Positions 6,679 to 16,530 of a stretch of 64,000 bases of DNA are shown here, one piece after another. The stretch's first letter is position 1, and every line of letters begins with the position of its first letter. The position numbers and the translations under genes are program-made. Source of the DNA: an uncultured Candidatus Peribacteria bacterium (GTDB lineage: Bacteria; Patescibacteriota; Gracilibacteria; UBA1369; UM-FILTER-53-11); assembly GCA_964358095.1 (NCBI GenBank), contig CAYHNW010000003.1:10306-74305 (forward strand), given 5' to 3'. The notes beneath the pieces were generated by a model. The model searched no databases. It was not told the DNA's origin and saw only the letters and a program-made list of their open reading frames with translations.

Positions 6679-8925
6679 CTAGATAAGAGGTTCTGCAAAT
6701 TTCTGCTCAATTGCTCCGGCTGAAGCAGCATCTGGTTCGGACGCGCTTTCGTCCCATTTTTTGAGGTCATTCTCAACCTGAGACCTAGGATTGGCGTATT
6801 TTTCGCGAGATTGGCGGATAATTTCAGTGCTGTAATGATCTTTTGGAGCAGAAACATTTAATGTGCGTCCAGAAAAGGCATCGCGCAGTTCTCCGTCAAC
6901 TGACATTTTTACGTAAAATTCGCGAACGCCGAGGTTGATGATATCGCGGACTTTAAATACCGGCGTATATTCATTTTCCAAGATCGCGGCATCTTCGGCA
7001 CCGACGCGGAAATTTATAATGGTACCGACGTTGCCGAAAGCCGTTGTGCGTATCATATGGGACAATTGACCCATATATTGGTGAGCCATTGTAAGGTTCA
7101 GGTGGTATTTGCGAGCCTCGGAAAGAATTTCTGCAAATGTGTCGGTGGCAAAATATTGGAACTCATCACAATAGAGATAAAAATCGCGGCGATTTTCCTC
7201 TGGAATACCAGTTCTGGCCATTGCTGCTTGCTGAATTTTTGTAACCACCATTGAGCCGATGAGTGCGGCGTTTTCTTCGCCCAAATTACCTTTTGAAATT
7301 CTCATCAATAAAATTTTGCCGCTATCCATTATATCTTGAATATCTATTTTATTGGTCGGTTGGCCAACTATGTTTCGGATTAGAGAAGTAGAAACGAACT
7401 GGCCGACCTTGTTCAAAATTGGCATTATCGCTTCATTATCAAATTTTTCACTCCATGCCGCGAACTCGTTTACCCAGAAATTTTTAATAACTGAATCTTG
7501 TATGCGTGACACAATTTTCTGGCGATAATTCTTATCGGAAAGCATTTTTAAAATGGAAAGCACCGTCGTATTTGGAGAATCCAAAAGAGCGAGGGTGGTG
7601 TATCTCAAAACGTGTTCAAGACGATTGGTCCAGTTGTTGCCAAAAAGTTTCTTAAAAATATCAATAAAGCCGATTGTAACGCGAACTCGCAGTTCCGGAG
7701 GCACGTGCTCGAGCGGATTAAAAGCAACTGGAAATTCAAAATCTGCAGGATTGAAATAAACTACGTCATTTATGCGGTTTTCCGGAATGTATTTCAAAAT
7801 CGAATCCACAAGATCTCCGTGAGGATCCAGAACTCCGACACCATGACCCGCCATAATGTCTTCCTTTATGAGCAATTCCAGCATTTTTGATTTACCGGTA
7901 CCGCTTTTGCCAACAACATAAAGATGGCGGCGGCGGTCTTCGCGCTTGAGTCCAAATTTAAAATTCTGATTATGAAAATTTGTGACGCCAAATATTGAAA
8001 CTTTATCAAGAGATACGTTGCCTTCACGCGGCAAATCACGCGGCGGTTCGGCTTTTTTTGCCAAAACGTGCACGATGTGGGGTACATCGTCCGGGTGGGG
8101 GAAGTGATAAATACTAGCCAATTCTATCGAGCTCAAATGAAAAGCATCTGGTGGCATCGTGCGTTCTTGGTAACTTTTCAACAAGCTCGTCATGCGCAGC
8201 ATTTTTTTTGCTTTAAATCCATTCAGGTCAATTGTATTAAACTGCATAAAGGCCTTAATGAGAACGTGCAGTTTTTGCTGTGCTTTTTCTTTTGTTTTTG
8301 CCACATACACAATTCTCACCGCAGTTTTATATGTGTGATGTTCGGCCTTGTGCTTATATGCTTCGCGCTCCATTTCGCGCATACTTTTGGCAGACTTGAG
8401 CTTGAAATAGTTTTTAATGCGGAAATAAAGTTTCACGCTATTTAACTTCATCTTCCAGCTGCGCCAGAAATTTAATCTCCAATCGTCGGCGGTTGGTTCC
8501 ACAAAGGTTTGGATCCAAATCTGCTCGTCTTCTTCAGCCTTTGTCATGATAGAGAAAATGCCAGATAGCGAGTCGCCTTCGAATTCCTTAAAAGTTTTTA
8601 TCGGAATGATGTCGGATCTCAAAAGTTTTAATTCAGTTCCCGCAAACCCGCGTTCAAGCACATCGGGCTTAACGTAATCCGTTACTTCTTCAATTTCACA
8701 GAATGGATACTGTGCGTAAATTTGTCCTTCTATGAGTTCTTTAAGTCTTCGTTCGATGCACGCAAAGAAGTAAATATGCTGGTTATATGATGTCATTTCG
8801 AAGGTGAACGCATGATGATGCAGAATTTCGTGTATGTTCACGAGAAACTGCTCAAAAGACAGCACCCTCTTTTCGATTTCTTGAGGGATCCTGATTAGAA
8901 GCAAAGCTTTATCTTTAGGCATCAT
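6679..8925 (-). CDS. VirD4/TraD/TraG-like (FtsK-HerA superfamily) P-loop ATPase, soluble form
   Basis: 748 aa. Walker A is VVGKSGTGKSKM and Walker B is FYLYCDEFQYF, followed by EARKYHLNLTMAHQY (coupling-protein-like C-terminal block). It shares ELASIYHFP and the overall layout with the paralog at 23805-26285 but lacks that protein's N-terminal TM helix. Confidence 0.75.
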   Translation of the reverse strand: MMPKDKALLLIRIPQEIEKRVLSFEQFLVNIHEILHHHAFTFEMTSYNQHIYFFACIERRLKELIEGQIYAQYPFCEIEEVTDYVKPDVLERGFAGTELKLLRSDIIPIKTFKEFEGDSLSGIFSIMTKAEEDEQIWIQTFVEPTADDWRLNFWRSWKMKLNSVKLYFRIKNYFKLKSAKSMREMEREAYKHKAEHHTYKTAVRIVYVAKTKEKAQQKLHVLIKAFMQFNTIDLNGFKAKKMLRMTSLLKSYQERTMPPDAFHLSSIELASIYHFPHPDDVPHIVHVLAKKAEPPRDLPREGNVSLDKVSIFGVTNFHNQNFKFGLKREDRRRHLYVVGKSGTGKSKMLELLIKEDIMAGHGVGVLDPHGDLVDSILKYIPENRINDVVYFNPADFEFPVAFNPLEHVPPELRVRVTIGFIDIFKKLFGNNWTNRLEHVLRYTTLALLDSPNTTVLSILKMLSDKNYRQKIVSRIQDSVIKNFWVNEFAAWSEKFDNEAIMPILNKVGQFVSTSLIRNIVGQPTNKIDIQDIMDSGKILLMRISKGNLGEENAALIGSMVVTKIQQAAMARTGIPEENRRDFYLYCDEFQYFATDTFAEILSEARKYHLNLTMAHQYMGQLSHMIRTTAFGNVGTIINFRVGAEDAAILENEYTPVFKVRDIINLGVREFYVKMSVDGELRDAFSGRTLNVSAPKDHYSTEIIRQSREKYANPRSQVENDLKKWDESASEPDAASAGAIEQKFAEPLI

Positions 8926-8948
8926 AAAAAGACCCTTATATGTTTAAT

Positions 8949-8964
8949 ATACCACAAAATCAGG
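8949..8964 (-). promoter_or_regulatory. Shared upstream 16-mer of the two ATPase paralogs (site 1), overlapping a TGgTATATT extended -10-like sequence
   Basis: Gene-sense sequence is CCTGATTTTGTGGTAT, with 23 nt between it and the ATG at 8925. It matches 14 of 16 positions of CCTGATTTTCAGGTAT upstream of the second paralog (26300-26315). Confidence 0.45.
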
Positions 8965-8998
8965 TTATGGAAAATAGTAGTTCTTGAGAACTAACAGG

Positions 8999-10132
8999 TT
9001 ATTTTTCCTCTTTTTCAGCCGCTTTTTCGTCCTCTGCAGGTGGTTCCAGTAAAGCTTTCATGGACAGTCCTATCCTGTGATCCTCTGGATCAATGGCAAT
9101 TATTTTAACTTTGATGTCTTCGCCAATCTTTACGAATTTTTGAGGCTCTTTTACGGGTTCATGAGAAAGTTCGGAGAGGTGAATAAGGCCGCTGATGTCA
9201 TCAGCCAGCTTAACAAAAACGCCAAATTGAGTAATTCTGTCTACTTTTCCTGTCACAACTTTACCGACAGTATATTTCTCGGCAGCTCTTTGCCATGGAT
9301 CCGGAGTTAGTCTCTTCATGGAGAGCGAGATTTTATCACCATCAATTCCTATAACTTGGATATCTACGGTATCTCCAATTTTTCCGTACATAATCGGATC
9401 TTTAACATGTCCCCACTCAATTTCAGAAATGTGAACAAGTCCTTCAAGTCCCTCAAAAGCAACGAAAATGCCAAATTTTACAATTCCAGAAATGACACCA
9501 TGTACTTTTTGCCCTATTGAAAGACTCTTAAGAGCTTCAACGCGTTGATCTTCCAAAGCTGCTTTCTCTGACAAAATTAATTTTCCTCCAGCTTGATCAA
9601 CATTAATTATTTTAACTTTCATTATCACCCCAACCAATCTTTGAAGTCTGGTTAGAATCTGAGAAGGGTTTGCGCTATCCACGCGTGGATAGTGCATTGG
9701 AGCGAGTTGGGAGACCGGAATAAATCCCTTGATTCCATCTACGACGACGAGCAAACCGCCTTTGTTTGCTTCGCTGATGGTTACAGCTATGACTTCTCCG
9801 GTTTCGTATGCCTTCATGAATTTTCTCCACGTTTTTTCTTGGCTTGCGCGGCGTAAAGAAAGCACGAAATATCCTTCTTCATTCTCATCTTCAATAACAT
9901 ATGCCGAAATTTTATCGCCGGTTTTAAGACCAGATAAAGTGTCTCCGGTGTCTTGTGATTCTTTCCCCGAAATCATGCCCACCGCAACTCCGTTTAAATC
10001 CAACAAAATTTTATTTCCAAAAATATCAATTACTTCTCCCTCTACGAGTGAGCCGAGACTTGGTACGTGAAGATCAGGACCATGCTCAAGGAGCTCGTCC
10101 ATTATAGAAGGGGGTGAAATAGCGGTAACCAT
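8999..10132 (-). CDS. rpsA: Ribosomal protein S1-like, four S1 RNA-binding domains
   Basis: 377 aa. Four repeats of the S1/OB pattern: G.VV.G.V..I...G..V.L..G..G.I..SE. Acidic C-terminal tail. Confidence 0.7.
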   Translation of the reverse strand: MVTAISPPSIMDELLEHGPDLHVPSLGSLVEGEVIDIFGNKILLDLNGVAVGMISGKESQDTGDTLSGLKTGDKISAYVIEDENEEGYFVLSLRRASQEKTWRKFMKAYETGEVIAVTISEANKGGLLVVVDGIKGFIPVSQLAPMHYPRVDSANPSQILTRLQRLVGVIMKVKIINVDQAGGKLILSEKAALEDQRVEALKSLSIGQKVHGVISGIVKFGIFVAFEGLEGLVHISEIEWGHVKDPIMYGKIGDTVDIQVIGIDGDKISLSMKRLTPDPWQRAAEKYTVGKVVTGKVDRITQFGVFVKLADDISGLIHLSELSHEPVKEPQKFVKIGEDIKVKIIAIDPEDHRIGLSMKALLEPPAEDEKAAEKEEK

Positions 10133-10260
10133 AGCTTAATTGTGGGTGATGAAGTTGCTTGGGATAAATATGCCTCAGCCGGTGACCTCATCAAATTAGA
10201 CCGTTGAAGCGAAGCGGATTATAGCGGAGTTTTGGCTTTGGTGTCAAATGGCCTGCTTTA

Positions 10261-12897
10261 CTAGGCCGTCACCTTTGCTTTTACACCTTTTGCACTTCCT
10301 TTAGAAATCGTAGCTCGAGCCTTTGTAAGCTCCAAACCTTCGCCTTTCTTGGCATCTATTTTAATTTTTTCACCTTCTTTAAAAGTACCATCCAAGAATT
10401 TCTGAGTGAGAGGATCTTCTACCAAATCTTGAATAGTTCTGCGAACTGGACGCGCGCCATATTTTGGATCGTAGCTTTTCTTGGCCAAAAATTCCAAACT
10501 TGCAGGCGTTAAAATAAACGAAATATTTTTGCTCTTAATTCTCTTTTCGAGCCTGGCTATGTGAAGTTTTACGATTTCTTTGATACTTTCGTGAGTTAGA
10601 GCACCAAATACCACTATCTTATCCACTCTATTTAAGAATTCAGGTCTAAAATGATCCTTCAATTCTTCTAAAATTGAGGCTTTTGCTTCTTCGTATTCGT
10701 CTGCGGCTCTTTTGAGTTCGCTACCGGCGATGTCAAAACCAATCGTGCCGGCTTTGTCGGTGAGTTTTTTTGCACCGATATTGGAAGTCATCACAATTAT
10801 TGTATTTTTAAAATCCACTTTGCGGCCTTTACCATCTGTTAGCACGCCATCTTCCAAAATTTGGAGTAGGAGATTAAAGACGTCTTGATGAGCCTTTTCA
10901 ATTTCATCAAAAAGAATTACTGAATATGGTTTTTTACGCACAGATTCCGTGAGATTTCCGCCTTCTTCGTAGCCAACGTAGCCTGCAGTCGTGCCGACTA
11001 AGCGGCTCGTATTGTGGCGTTCCATGAATTCGCTCATGTCTATTTTTATGAGCGCGGTTTCGTCGTTGTAAACCTCTTGAGCAAGCGCTTTAACAAGCTC
11101 TGTTTTACCAACGCCCGTTGGACCCATAAAAATGAATGACGCAATGGGTCTGCGCTCATCAGAAATTCCGGCACGCGATCTGCGAATTGCCTTTGAGACT
11201 TCAGTCACGGCTTCGTCTTGGCCGATTATTCTGGTTTTTAAAAGAGCTTCAAGCTTCATCAAACGATCAATGTCTGATTTAACGAGCTTGGTTGTCGGCA
11301 CGCCGGTCATATTTGAAATTACTCTCGCAATGTCATCTGCCGTTACTTGTTCGCGGCGCTGACGCGGCACAACAACTTTTTTTGATTCATCAATTTTTTG
11401 ATTCAACTCCAATTCTTTGCAACGCAATTCCGCCGCCAATTCATAATTTTGAGCAGACACGGCTTCTTCTTTCTTTTTTGTTACTTGAGCCAATTCTTGC
11501 TGCATTTTGCGCGCCGCGTCGCTTGAGCCTCTTTCTTTTGTGCGTTTAAGGGCGGAAGCTTCATCCATCAAATCAATCGCCTTATCCGGTAAAAAACGAT
11601 CATTTATGTATCTCTTAGAAAGTTCTACTGCTGCATGCAAAGCACTATCCTCAATTATCAAATTGTGATGGTCTTCATAAGTTTTTCTAATTCCTTTTAA
11701 AATTTGTAGCGTTTCATCAAAGCTCGGTTCATTTACCATAATCGGCTGAAACCTGCGCTCAAGAGCCGGATCAGCTTCCACGTGTTTGCGGTAATCCGCA
11801 GTCGTCGTAGCACCAACAACTTGCAGCTTCCCGCGAGCGAGAGCCGGTTTTAGAATATTTGCTGCGTCCAAGCTCCCTTCGGCGCTACCGGCGCCAATTA
11901 CAGTGTGCAATTCATCTATGAATAAAATTATGTTTGTTTGGCCGGATGCCTCATCTATTATTTGCTTAACACGCTCTTCAAATTCACCACGGTATTTGGT
12001 GCCTGCAACCACGGATGCCATCGAAAGCGATAAAATCTTTTTATCCAAAAGATTATTTGGCACTTGCTCCATAATAATTGCATGAACGAGTCCTTCTACG
12101 ACCGCCGTTTTGCCAACGCCGGGCTCACCGATTAGTACGGGGTTATTTTTCGTTTTGCGGTTAAGAATCGAAATCATACGATCAATTTCTTTTTGTCTGC
12201 CTATAACCGGGTCAATTTTGCCGCGCCTGCATTCTTGAGTTAGATCGGTCGTAAAATAATCCAATGCCGGTGTCTTTGATTTTTCACCTTGCTGACCTTG
12301 TTTGTGCTTATAAGCATCCTTAAAATCTTTTTCTTGTCCGGCCAAAACTCCATGCAGACCACTTAGAAAAAATTCCAGTGGGTTCATCATCTGCTGCTGC
12401 TGCTGCTGTCCGCCTGGCATTTGAGAGCCTCCCGTTCCTTGATTTCTTTTAAAAATCTGAGAGATGGCATCTTTTATGCTCTGTGGATTGATTTTCATGT
12501 TTTCCAGAATCACGGTCGCCGCCGTGTTTTCTTGTGAACAGAGAGCAAACAACAAATGCTCCGTGCCAACAAAGCTATGACCAAATTCTTGAGCGCACTT
12601 GAGCGCGTCTTCTATGACCTGTTTTGCAAAACCAGAAAGGCCGCCGCTCTTGCCGGGTGATTGCTGCGCACCGATGGTAGCTCTGCCTACGGTTTTTAAA
12701 ACCAAATAGACATTATCTAGCGAAACACCAAAATTCATTAAAACTGAGGCACCGAGCGAATGAGCTTGAGAAAGAATGCCTATGAGTAGGTGTTCTGTGC
12801 CGACATAGTTAAGACCGGCTTCCCTAGACTTATCCTGAGCAACAACCAACGCTTGCTTCGCCTCTTTTGTGAATTTTTCGAATCTTGAATCTGACAT
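10261..12897 (-). CDS. clpC: ATP-dependent Clp chaperone ClpC-type (double Clp_N, two AAA+ modules, short UVR-like linker)
   Basis: 878 aa. D1 has [14 protein letters not shown] and D2 has [15 protein letters not shown]. The middle region is short, with [13 protein letters not shown] (UVR-like), which fits ClpC rather than ClpB. There is a poly-Q insert ([10 protein letters not shown]) in the N-D1 linker. Confidence 0.85.
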   Translation of the reverse strand: MSDSRFEKFTKEAKQALVVAQDKSREAGLNYVGTEHLLIGILSQAHSLGASVLMNFGVSLDNVYLVLKTVGRATIGAQQSPGKSGGLSGFAKQVIEDALKCAQEFGHSFVGTEHLLFALCSQENTAATVILENMKINPQSIKDAISQIFKRNQGTGGSQMPGGQQQQQQMMNPLEFFLSGLHGVLAGQEKDFKDAYKHKQGQQGEKSKTPALDYFTTDLTQECRRGKIDPVIGRQKEIDRMISILNRKTKNNPVLIGEPGVGKTAVVEGLVHAIIMEQVPNNLLDKKILSLSMASVVAGTKYRGEFEERVKQIIDEASGQTNIILFIDELHTVIGAGSAEGSLDAANILKPALARGKLQVVGATTTADYRKHVEADPALERRFQPIMVNEPSFDETLQILKGIRKTYEDHHNLIIEDSALHAAVELSKRYINDRFLPDKAIDLMDEASALKRTKERGSSDAARKMQQELAQVTKKKEEAVSAQNYELAAELRCKELELNQKIDESKKVVVPRQRREQVTADDIARVISNMTGVPTTKLVKSDIDRLMKLEALLKTRIIGQDEAVTEVSKAIRRSRAGISDERRPIASFIFMGPTGVGKTELVKALAQEVYNDETALIKIDMSEFMERHNTSRLVGTTAGYVGYEEGGNLTESVRKKPYSVILFDEIEKAHQDVFNLLLQILEDGVLTDGKGRKVDFKNTIIVMTSNIGAKKLTDKAGTIGFDIAGSELKRAADEYEEAKASILEELKDHFRPEFLNRVDKIVVFGALTHESIKEIVKLHIARLEKRIKSKNISFILTPASLEFLAKKSYDPKYGARPVRRTIQDLVEDPLTQKFLDGTFKEGEKIKIDAKKGEGLELTKARATISKGSAKGVKAKVTA

Positions 12898-13017
12898 ATT
12901 GTTGGATTCTATCTATAGAATATAGTGTTCATGGAACTATACCATATTTATCTGTAAATTTCACCTGCTTAGTCTTTACGCGCATAGGATTTATTGTCCT
13001 GTTTTTAATGCTCGAAC

Positions 13018-13043
13018 TAGCACTCACTATTTTAGAGTGCTAA
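13018..13043. promoter_or_regulatory. CIRCE-type inverted repeat (HrcA operator consensus) upstream of clpC
   Basis: The sequence is TAGCACTC-actatttta-GAGTGCTAA, against the consensus TTAGCACTC-N9-GAGTGCTAA. Both 8-9 nt arms are intact with exact N9 spacing. It lies about 120 nt upstream of the clpC ATG at 12897. Confidence 0.75.
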
Positions 13044-13068
13044 CTTCGTGCGGTCAAGATTTTTTTGA

Positions 13069-14757
13069 TTATTGTGGTTCTACGATAGTTGAAAGCATGT
13101 CTTTTGCGGCTGCTGCAGAGACCAATCCGGAGTTAACCGCTAGACAATATTTGTCCCTGGCTTGAACACATACGTCGTATTCTTCAAATACTCCGGCGCG
13201 CGTTACACTGCCGCTCGTTGCTGGTCTGCCACCAACTTCTCCATCAGAAACCATGCTTGGTGCGAGCTTGTCTACTGCAGGATTTTTCAACAAAGAGACT
13301 GTGCATACCGTATCCGCTTTAATTGGCGCTCCGCCAAAACAATACGCACCGCCTTCAAACGCCCAATAATAATTAGACGGATATTGGATTGAAATCCCAA
13401 AGGTTCGGGATTCAAGTAAACGCATGCCTTTTTTAACTGTAACGGCGAGTCCGCCGGTAGAAACCGGAACTACCGCTTTTTCGCTGGATTTGGCACTGTC
13501 TGTTCCGTCTGCGAGTTCCCAATCGCTCACTGAGCCCGGTTTAAAATATGCGACGCGAACCATGCTTGAAGGGGATAATTTGTCCGGAATATTTAATAAA
13601 ATTTTGCGTGAGTCTTTGCTGTCTCTATAAATCACATAAACTGCGTTGTATTCTTCCGGTTTGCCTTCCGGATACGCAAATTCCACAGTACTAACTGACC
13701 ACGAGCCGTTTGCCGCAGCCTCTGGAGCAAGCGTTGATATATTTTGTTTTATATAATCAATCAGTGTTTGCTTGATGCCTTGATTTGCAACGAGCGCATC
13801 TTGTTCTGCTTTTTTAGCCGCTGCGGCCGCCTCAGCTTCTTTGCGCGCCGCAAGTTCTTTTTCGGCCAAATCAGAGAGAGAAGCGTCTGGCAATTTTACC
13901 TCTGGTTTTATTTCTAGTTTCTCTGGCGTTGTTGTGATGCCGGCGGTTGCCTGTCCCGCCATAAACGGCACAAATTCAAAACTCGCGACTATGTTGAAAA
14001 AAGCGTTTCTGTACAAATCTTTGTCAGCATCGTTCACGGTTGTATGTGTAAAACGGTACATAAAAGTATCTCGCGGAACATAAAACTCCACTTTATCTCC
14101 GCTGCCAAAAGTCTTCTTGACTCCCTCAAGCTGCGCAACTCCGACTATGCTTTGTTGGTAGGTGATGTTAGTTTCGAGCGGATCTTTTGATCTGTATTGA
14201 TCGTCCAGGTTGAGCCACAGTCTCGCGGTTTGCTTGTGATTGTTTTCGCTGCGTTCAACTATAATATTATCCACGCTCGGCAATTCACTCTCGGTAACAT
14301 CGTATGGAGTTATTATTATTTTCTGCTGGCCGGCAATATTTTTTTCATTTTTCAAAATCCAAACTGATGGATATTGGAATTTTATTCCCATTTCCGTATC
14401 CATGTAGCTTTGCTTGGTTTCTGTCTCGTGCCCAAGAGAGGTTGAGTTATCAACCATAAAAACCGTGCGACCGTCATTCCACTTGCCTTCAACTTCAATT
14501 CTGCGCTTTGTGTAGCGCTTTAAATTTACGCTCACGGAATCCAGAAAAACCTTTTCTCCAAGATCGGTTACCAAAACAAATTGCGATGGTGCTGTTAGCA
14601 GTCCTTGTTCCGTTGGTGTGCTAACGAGGCCAACTTTCTTTTCTAACTGGACTTCCACCGGTGGTGCAACCGGGACTTCTTCTTTTTGCCAAAAGAACGT
14701 GCAGCCAGAGGAGGCAATTACCAAAACTATTACCAGTGAAAAAAGAATTTTTCTCAT
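13069..14757 (-). CDS. Secreted or membrane-anchored hypothetical protein (possible lipoprotein)
   Basis: 562 aa. N-terminus MRKILFSLVIVLVIASSGC is a signal-like helix followed by Cys. There is an Ala/Glu-rich linker (KEAEAAAAAKKAEQ). I recognise no catalytic motif. Confidence 0.6.
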   Translation of the reverse strand: MRKILFSLVIVLVIASSGCTFFWQKEEVPVAPPVEVQLEKKVGLVSTPTEQGLLTAPSQFVLVTDLGEKVFLDSVSVNLKRYTKRRIEVEGKWNDGRTVFMVDNSTSLGHETETKQSYMDTEMGIKFQYPSVWILKNEKNIAGQQKIIITPYDVTESELPSVDNIIVERSENNHKQTARLWLNLDDQYRSKDPLETNITYQQSIVGVAQLEGVKKTFGSGDKVEFYVPRDTFMYRFTHTTVNDADKDLYRNAFFNIVASFEFVPFMAGQATAGITTTPEKLEIKPEVKLPDASLSDLAEKELAARKEAEAAAAAKKAEQDALVANQGIKQTLIDYIKQNISTLAPEAAANGSWSVSTVEFAYPEGKPEEYNAVYVIYRDSKDSRKILLNIPDKLSPSSMVRVAYFKPGSVSDWELADGTDSAKSSEKAVVPVSTGGLAVTVKKGMRLLESRTFGISIQYPSNYYWAFEGGAYCFGGAPIKADTVCTVSLLKNPAVDKLAPSMVSDGEVGGRPATSGSVTRAGVFEEYDVCVQARDKYCLAVNSGLVSAAAAKDMLSTIVEPQ

Positions 14758-14798
14758 AAGAATGAATTAATGAATATTAAAGTAATTTTTGACAAATG

Positions 14799-14848
14799 GT
14801 GCGTCCTTCGGACGCATTAAATGCTTAGCCTCGCTGCGGCTCGGCCTG
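14799..14848. repeat. GC-rich palindromic element, short copy A, overlapping the 3' end of ruvB
   Basis: Contains gcgtccttcggacgc (6-bp stem hairpin) followed by ttaaatgcttagcctcgc-tgcggctcggcct. It is collinear with the valS copy at 52761-52844 but lacks the central roughly 35 nt. Confidence 0.7.
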
Positions 14849-15896
14849 TTGGAAGTTCAAGACCGAGGTGCAGGTATGCGCGTTCAGTGACCATGCGGCC
14901 TCGCGGTGTGCGATCCAAAAAACCAAGTTGGATCAAATAAGGCTCATAAATATCTTCAAGCGTTTCTTGCTCCTCCGAAAGAGCCGAGGAAATTGTATTT
15001 AGTCCGACTGGTCCGCCTTTAAATTTCTCAACCATCGTTCTTAAAATATTACGATCCATTTCGTCCAGCCCCAGTTCATCAACGCCAAGAGAGGCGAGGG
15101 TTTGCTCCACAATTTTCTCACTAATCGAAGGCTGTTCGTGGTACTGAGCAAAGTCGCGAGCGCGGCGAAGCAGACGGTTGGCGATTCTTGGCGTTTGTCT
15201 GCTGCATTCCGCCAGTCTCTGCGCTCCCGCCTCACTTACTTCACATTCCAGAATTTTTGCGGATCTCATTATTATTTTACGAATATCTTCAATGTCGTAA
15301 AAATTAAATTTGAATACATTGCCAAAACGATCGCGGAGAGGGGATGAAAGCATACTCACCTTTGTGGTCGCCCCAATGAGGGTGAATCTGGGCAGATTAA
15401 GGCGAACTGCCCGCGCAGAAGGCCCTTTGCCGAGCATTATATCTATCGCGTAATCTTCCATTGCCGAATACAAAACCTCCTCCACAACTGGCCGCAGCCT
15501 GTGAATTTCATCAATAAAAAGCACATCTCCCGCGGCAAGATTTGTGAGTATCGAGGCCAAATCTCCCTGGCGTTCCATAGCAGGCCCAGAAGTGAGTTTT
15601 ACGTTGGTTCCCATCTCGTTACCAATGATGTATGCAAGAGTTGTCTTTCCAAGTCCGGCAGGACCATGTAAAAGGACGTGTTCAAGCGGTTCGCCACGTT
15701 TTTTTGCCGCTTCTATAAATACAGTCAAATTGCGCTTAATCTCATTTTGCCCCACATACTCGCCAAGAGCCTTGGGTCTCAAAGTTTGGTCAAACTGCGA
15801 AGGATCCTGCGCTTGAGAAACCGGATCCACAACTCTATTTTCTTCCCGCTGAATCATATTGGGCTTAATTATAACACTCTTCAATTTACCGGCCAT
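14817..15896 (-). CDS. ruvB: Holliday junction branch migration ATPase RuvB
   Basis: [26 protein letters not shown] (Walker A), FIDEIHRL (Walker B) and C-terminal [13 protein letters not shown]. The track ORF extends to 16022, but that N-terminal extension overlaps the upstream gene. The likely start is ATG 15896 (MAGKLK) or 15857 (MIQREEN). Confidence 0.85.
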   Translation of the reverse strand: MAGKLKSVIIKPNMIQREENRVVDPVSQAQDPSQFDQTLRPKALGEYVGQNEIKRNLTVFIEAAKKRGEPLEHVLLHGPAGLGKTTLAYIIGNEMGTNVKLTSGPAMERQGDLASILTNLAAGDVLFIDEIHRLRPVVEEVLYSAMEDYAIDIMLGKGPSARAVRLNLPRFTLIGATTKVSMLSSPLRDRFGNVFKFNFYDIEDIRKIIMRSAKILECEVSEAGAQRLAECSRQTPRIANRLLRRARDFAQYHEQPSISEKIVEQTLASLGVDELGLDEMDRNILRTMVEKFKGGPVGLNTISSALSEEQETLEDIYEPYLIQLGFLDRTPRGRMVTERAYLHLGLELPTGRAAARLSI

Positions 15897-16429
15897 TTTT
15901 CCGTCTCGACAGGCGGCGGATTTTCCCGTTTTTTGTGAAAAGTCGAATACATGTGTTCCATTTTGCCAATTATGAAGTGTTTGGTTCCCTCCGGATCGGG
16001 ACAATCCTGGAAATCTATGCATGCGGATGCACTTGCGGTGTCTATTTTAATGAATCCATAATCCAAGAAACGCAATTTGGATAAAATTCCCTTTTCGGAC
16101 GTTCCTATATCTTGAATATCCATCAGCTCGGCTTCGTGTTCTTCTCTCTTAAAAAGGCTTCTCCAATTGACCCAAATTACGCGCTTATTAGTAATTATTA
16201 ATTTGTCCAACAAGTAATCAAAAGAGAAAACCGCAATAATGATACCTATAAAGAAAGATATAAAAGCAAGGAGCCCGAGTGTAACTTCTGCGGATGCTTC
16301 TCGTCCTATGTAGAAAATCAACACATAAAAGGGGATTGCTATTGCTATCACTTCTGCAAGTTTCAAAAAATACGGCGTCGGATGCCGACTGACTGTTTTT
16401 AGTACCGCTTCTCCTTCGCGTAATTGCAT
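15881..16429 (-). CDS. Membrane protein with bacterial PH-like (YdbS/YdbT-type) domain
   Basis: 182 aa. [17 protein letters not shown] is followed by two TM helices and a soluble tail. This layout is typical of bPH_2 proteins as I recall them. Confidence 0.5.
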   Translation of the reverse strand: MQLREGEAVLKTVSRHPTPYFLKLAEVIAIAIPFYVLIFYIGREASAEVTLGLLAFISFFIGIIIAVFSFDYLLDKLIITNKRVIWVNWRSLFKREEHEAELMDIQDIGTSEKGILSKLRFLDYGFIKIDTASASACIDFQDCPDPEGTKHFIIGKMEHMYSTFHKKRENPPPVETEKWPVN

Positions 16430-16530
16430 AACACCTTAATTGTAAAGGCAAATAGCTGTATGCGCAATTCAAGTGGCTGGAATCGAACCATGATATTTAC
16501 ACTGAATGGGGGATACATTACAATTAGGCG

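Noticed and set aside
13051-13057. CtsR box upstream of clpC (GGTCAAG)
   Set aside because: Only one imperfect heptad is present, whereas the CtsR operator is a tandem heptad repeat. The CIRCE palindrome is the convincing element here.
15897-16022. N-terminal 42-aa extension of the ruvB track ORF
   Set aside because: It overlaps the upstream PH-domain gene by about 140 nt and is unlike RuvB N-termini. Internal ATGs at 15896 or 15857 fit better.
16470-16510. tRNA-like fragment (ggaatcgaacc, i.e. a GGTTCGATTCC T-loop on the minus strand)
   Set aside because: The flanking bases give only a 3-bp T stem, and I could not fold an acceptor or anticodon arm. At most it is a decayed fragment.
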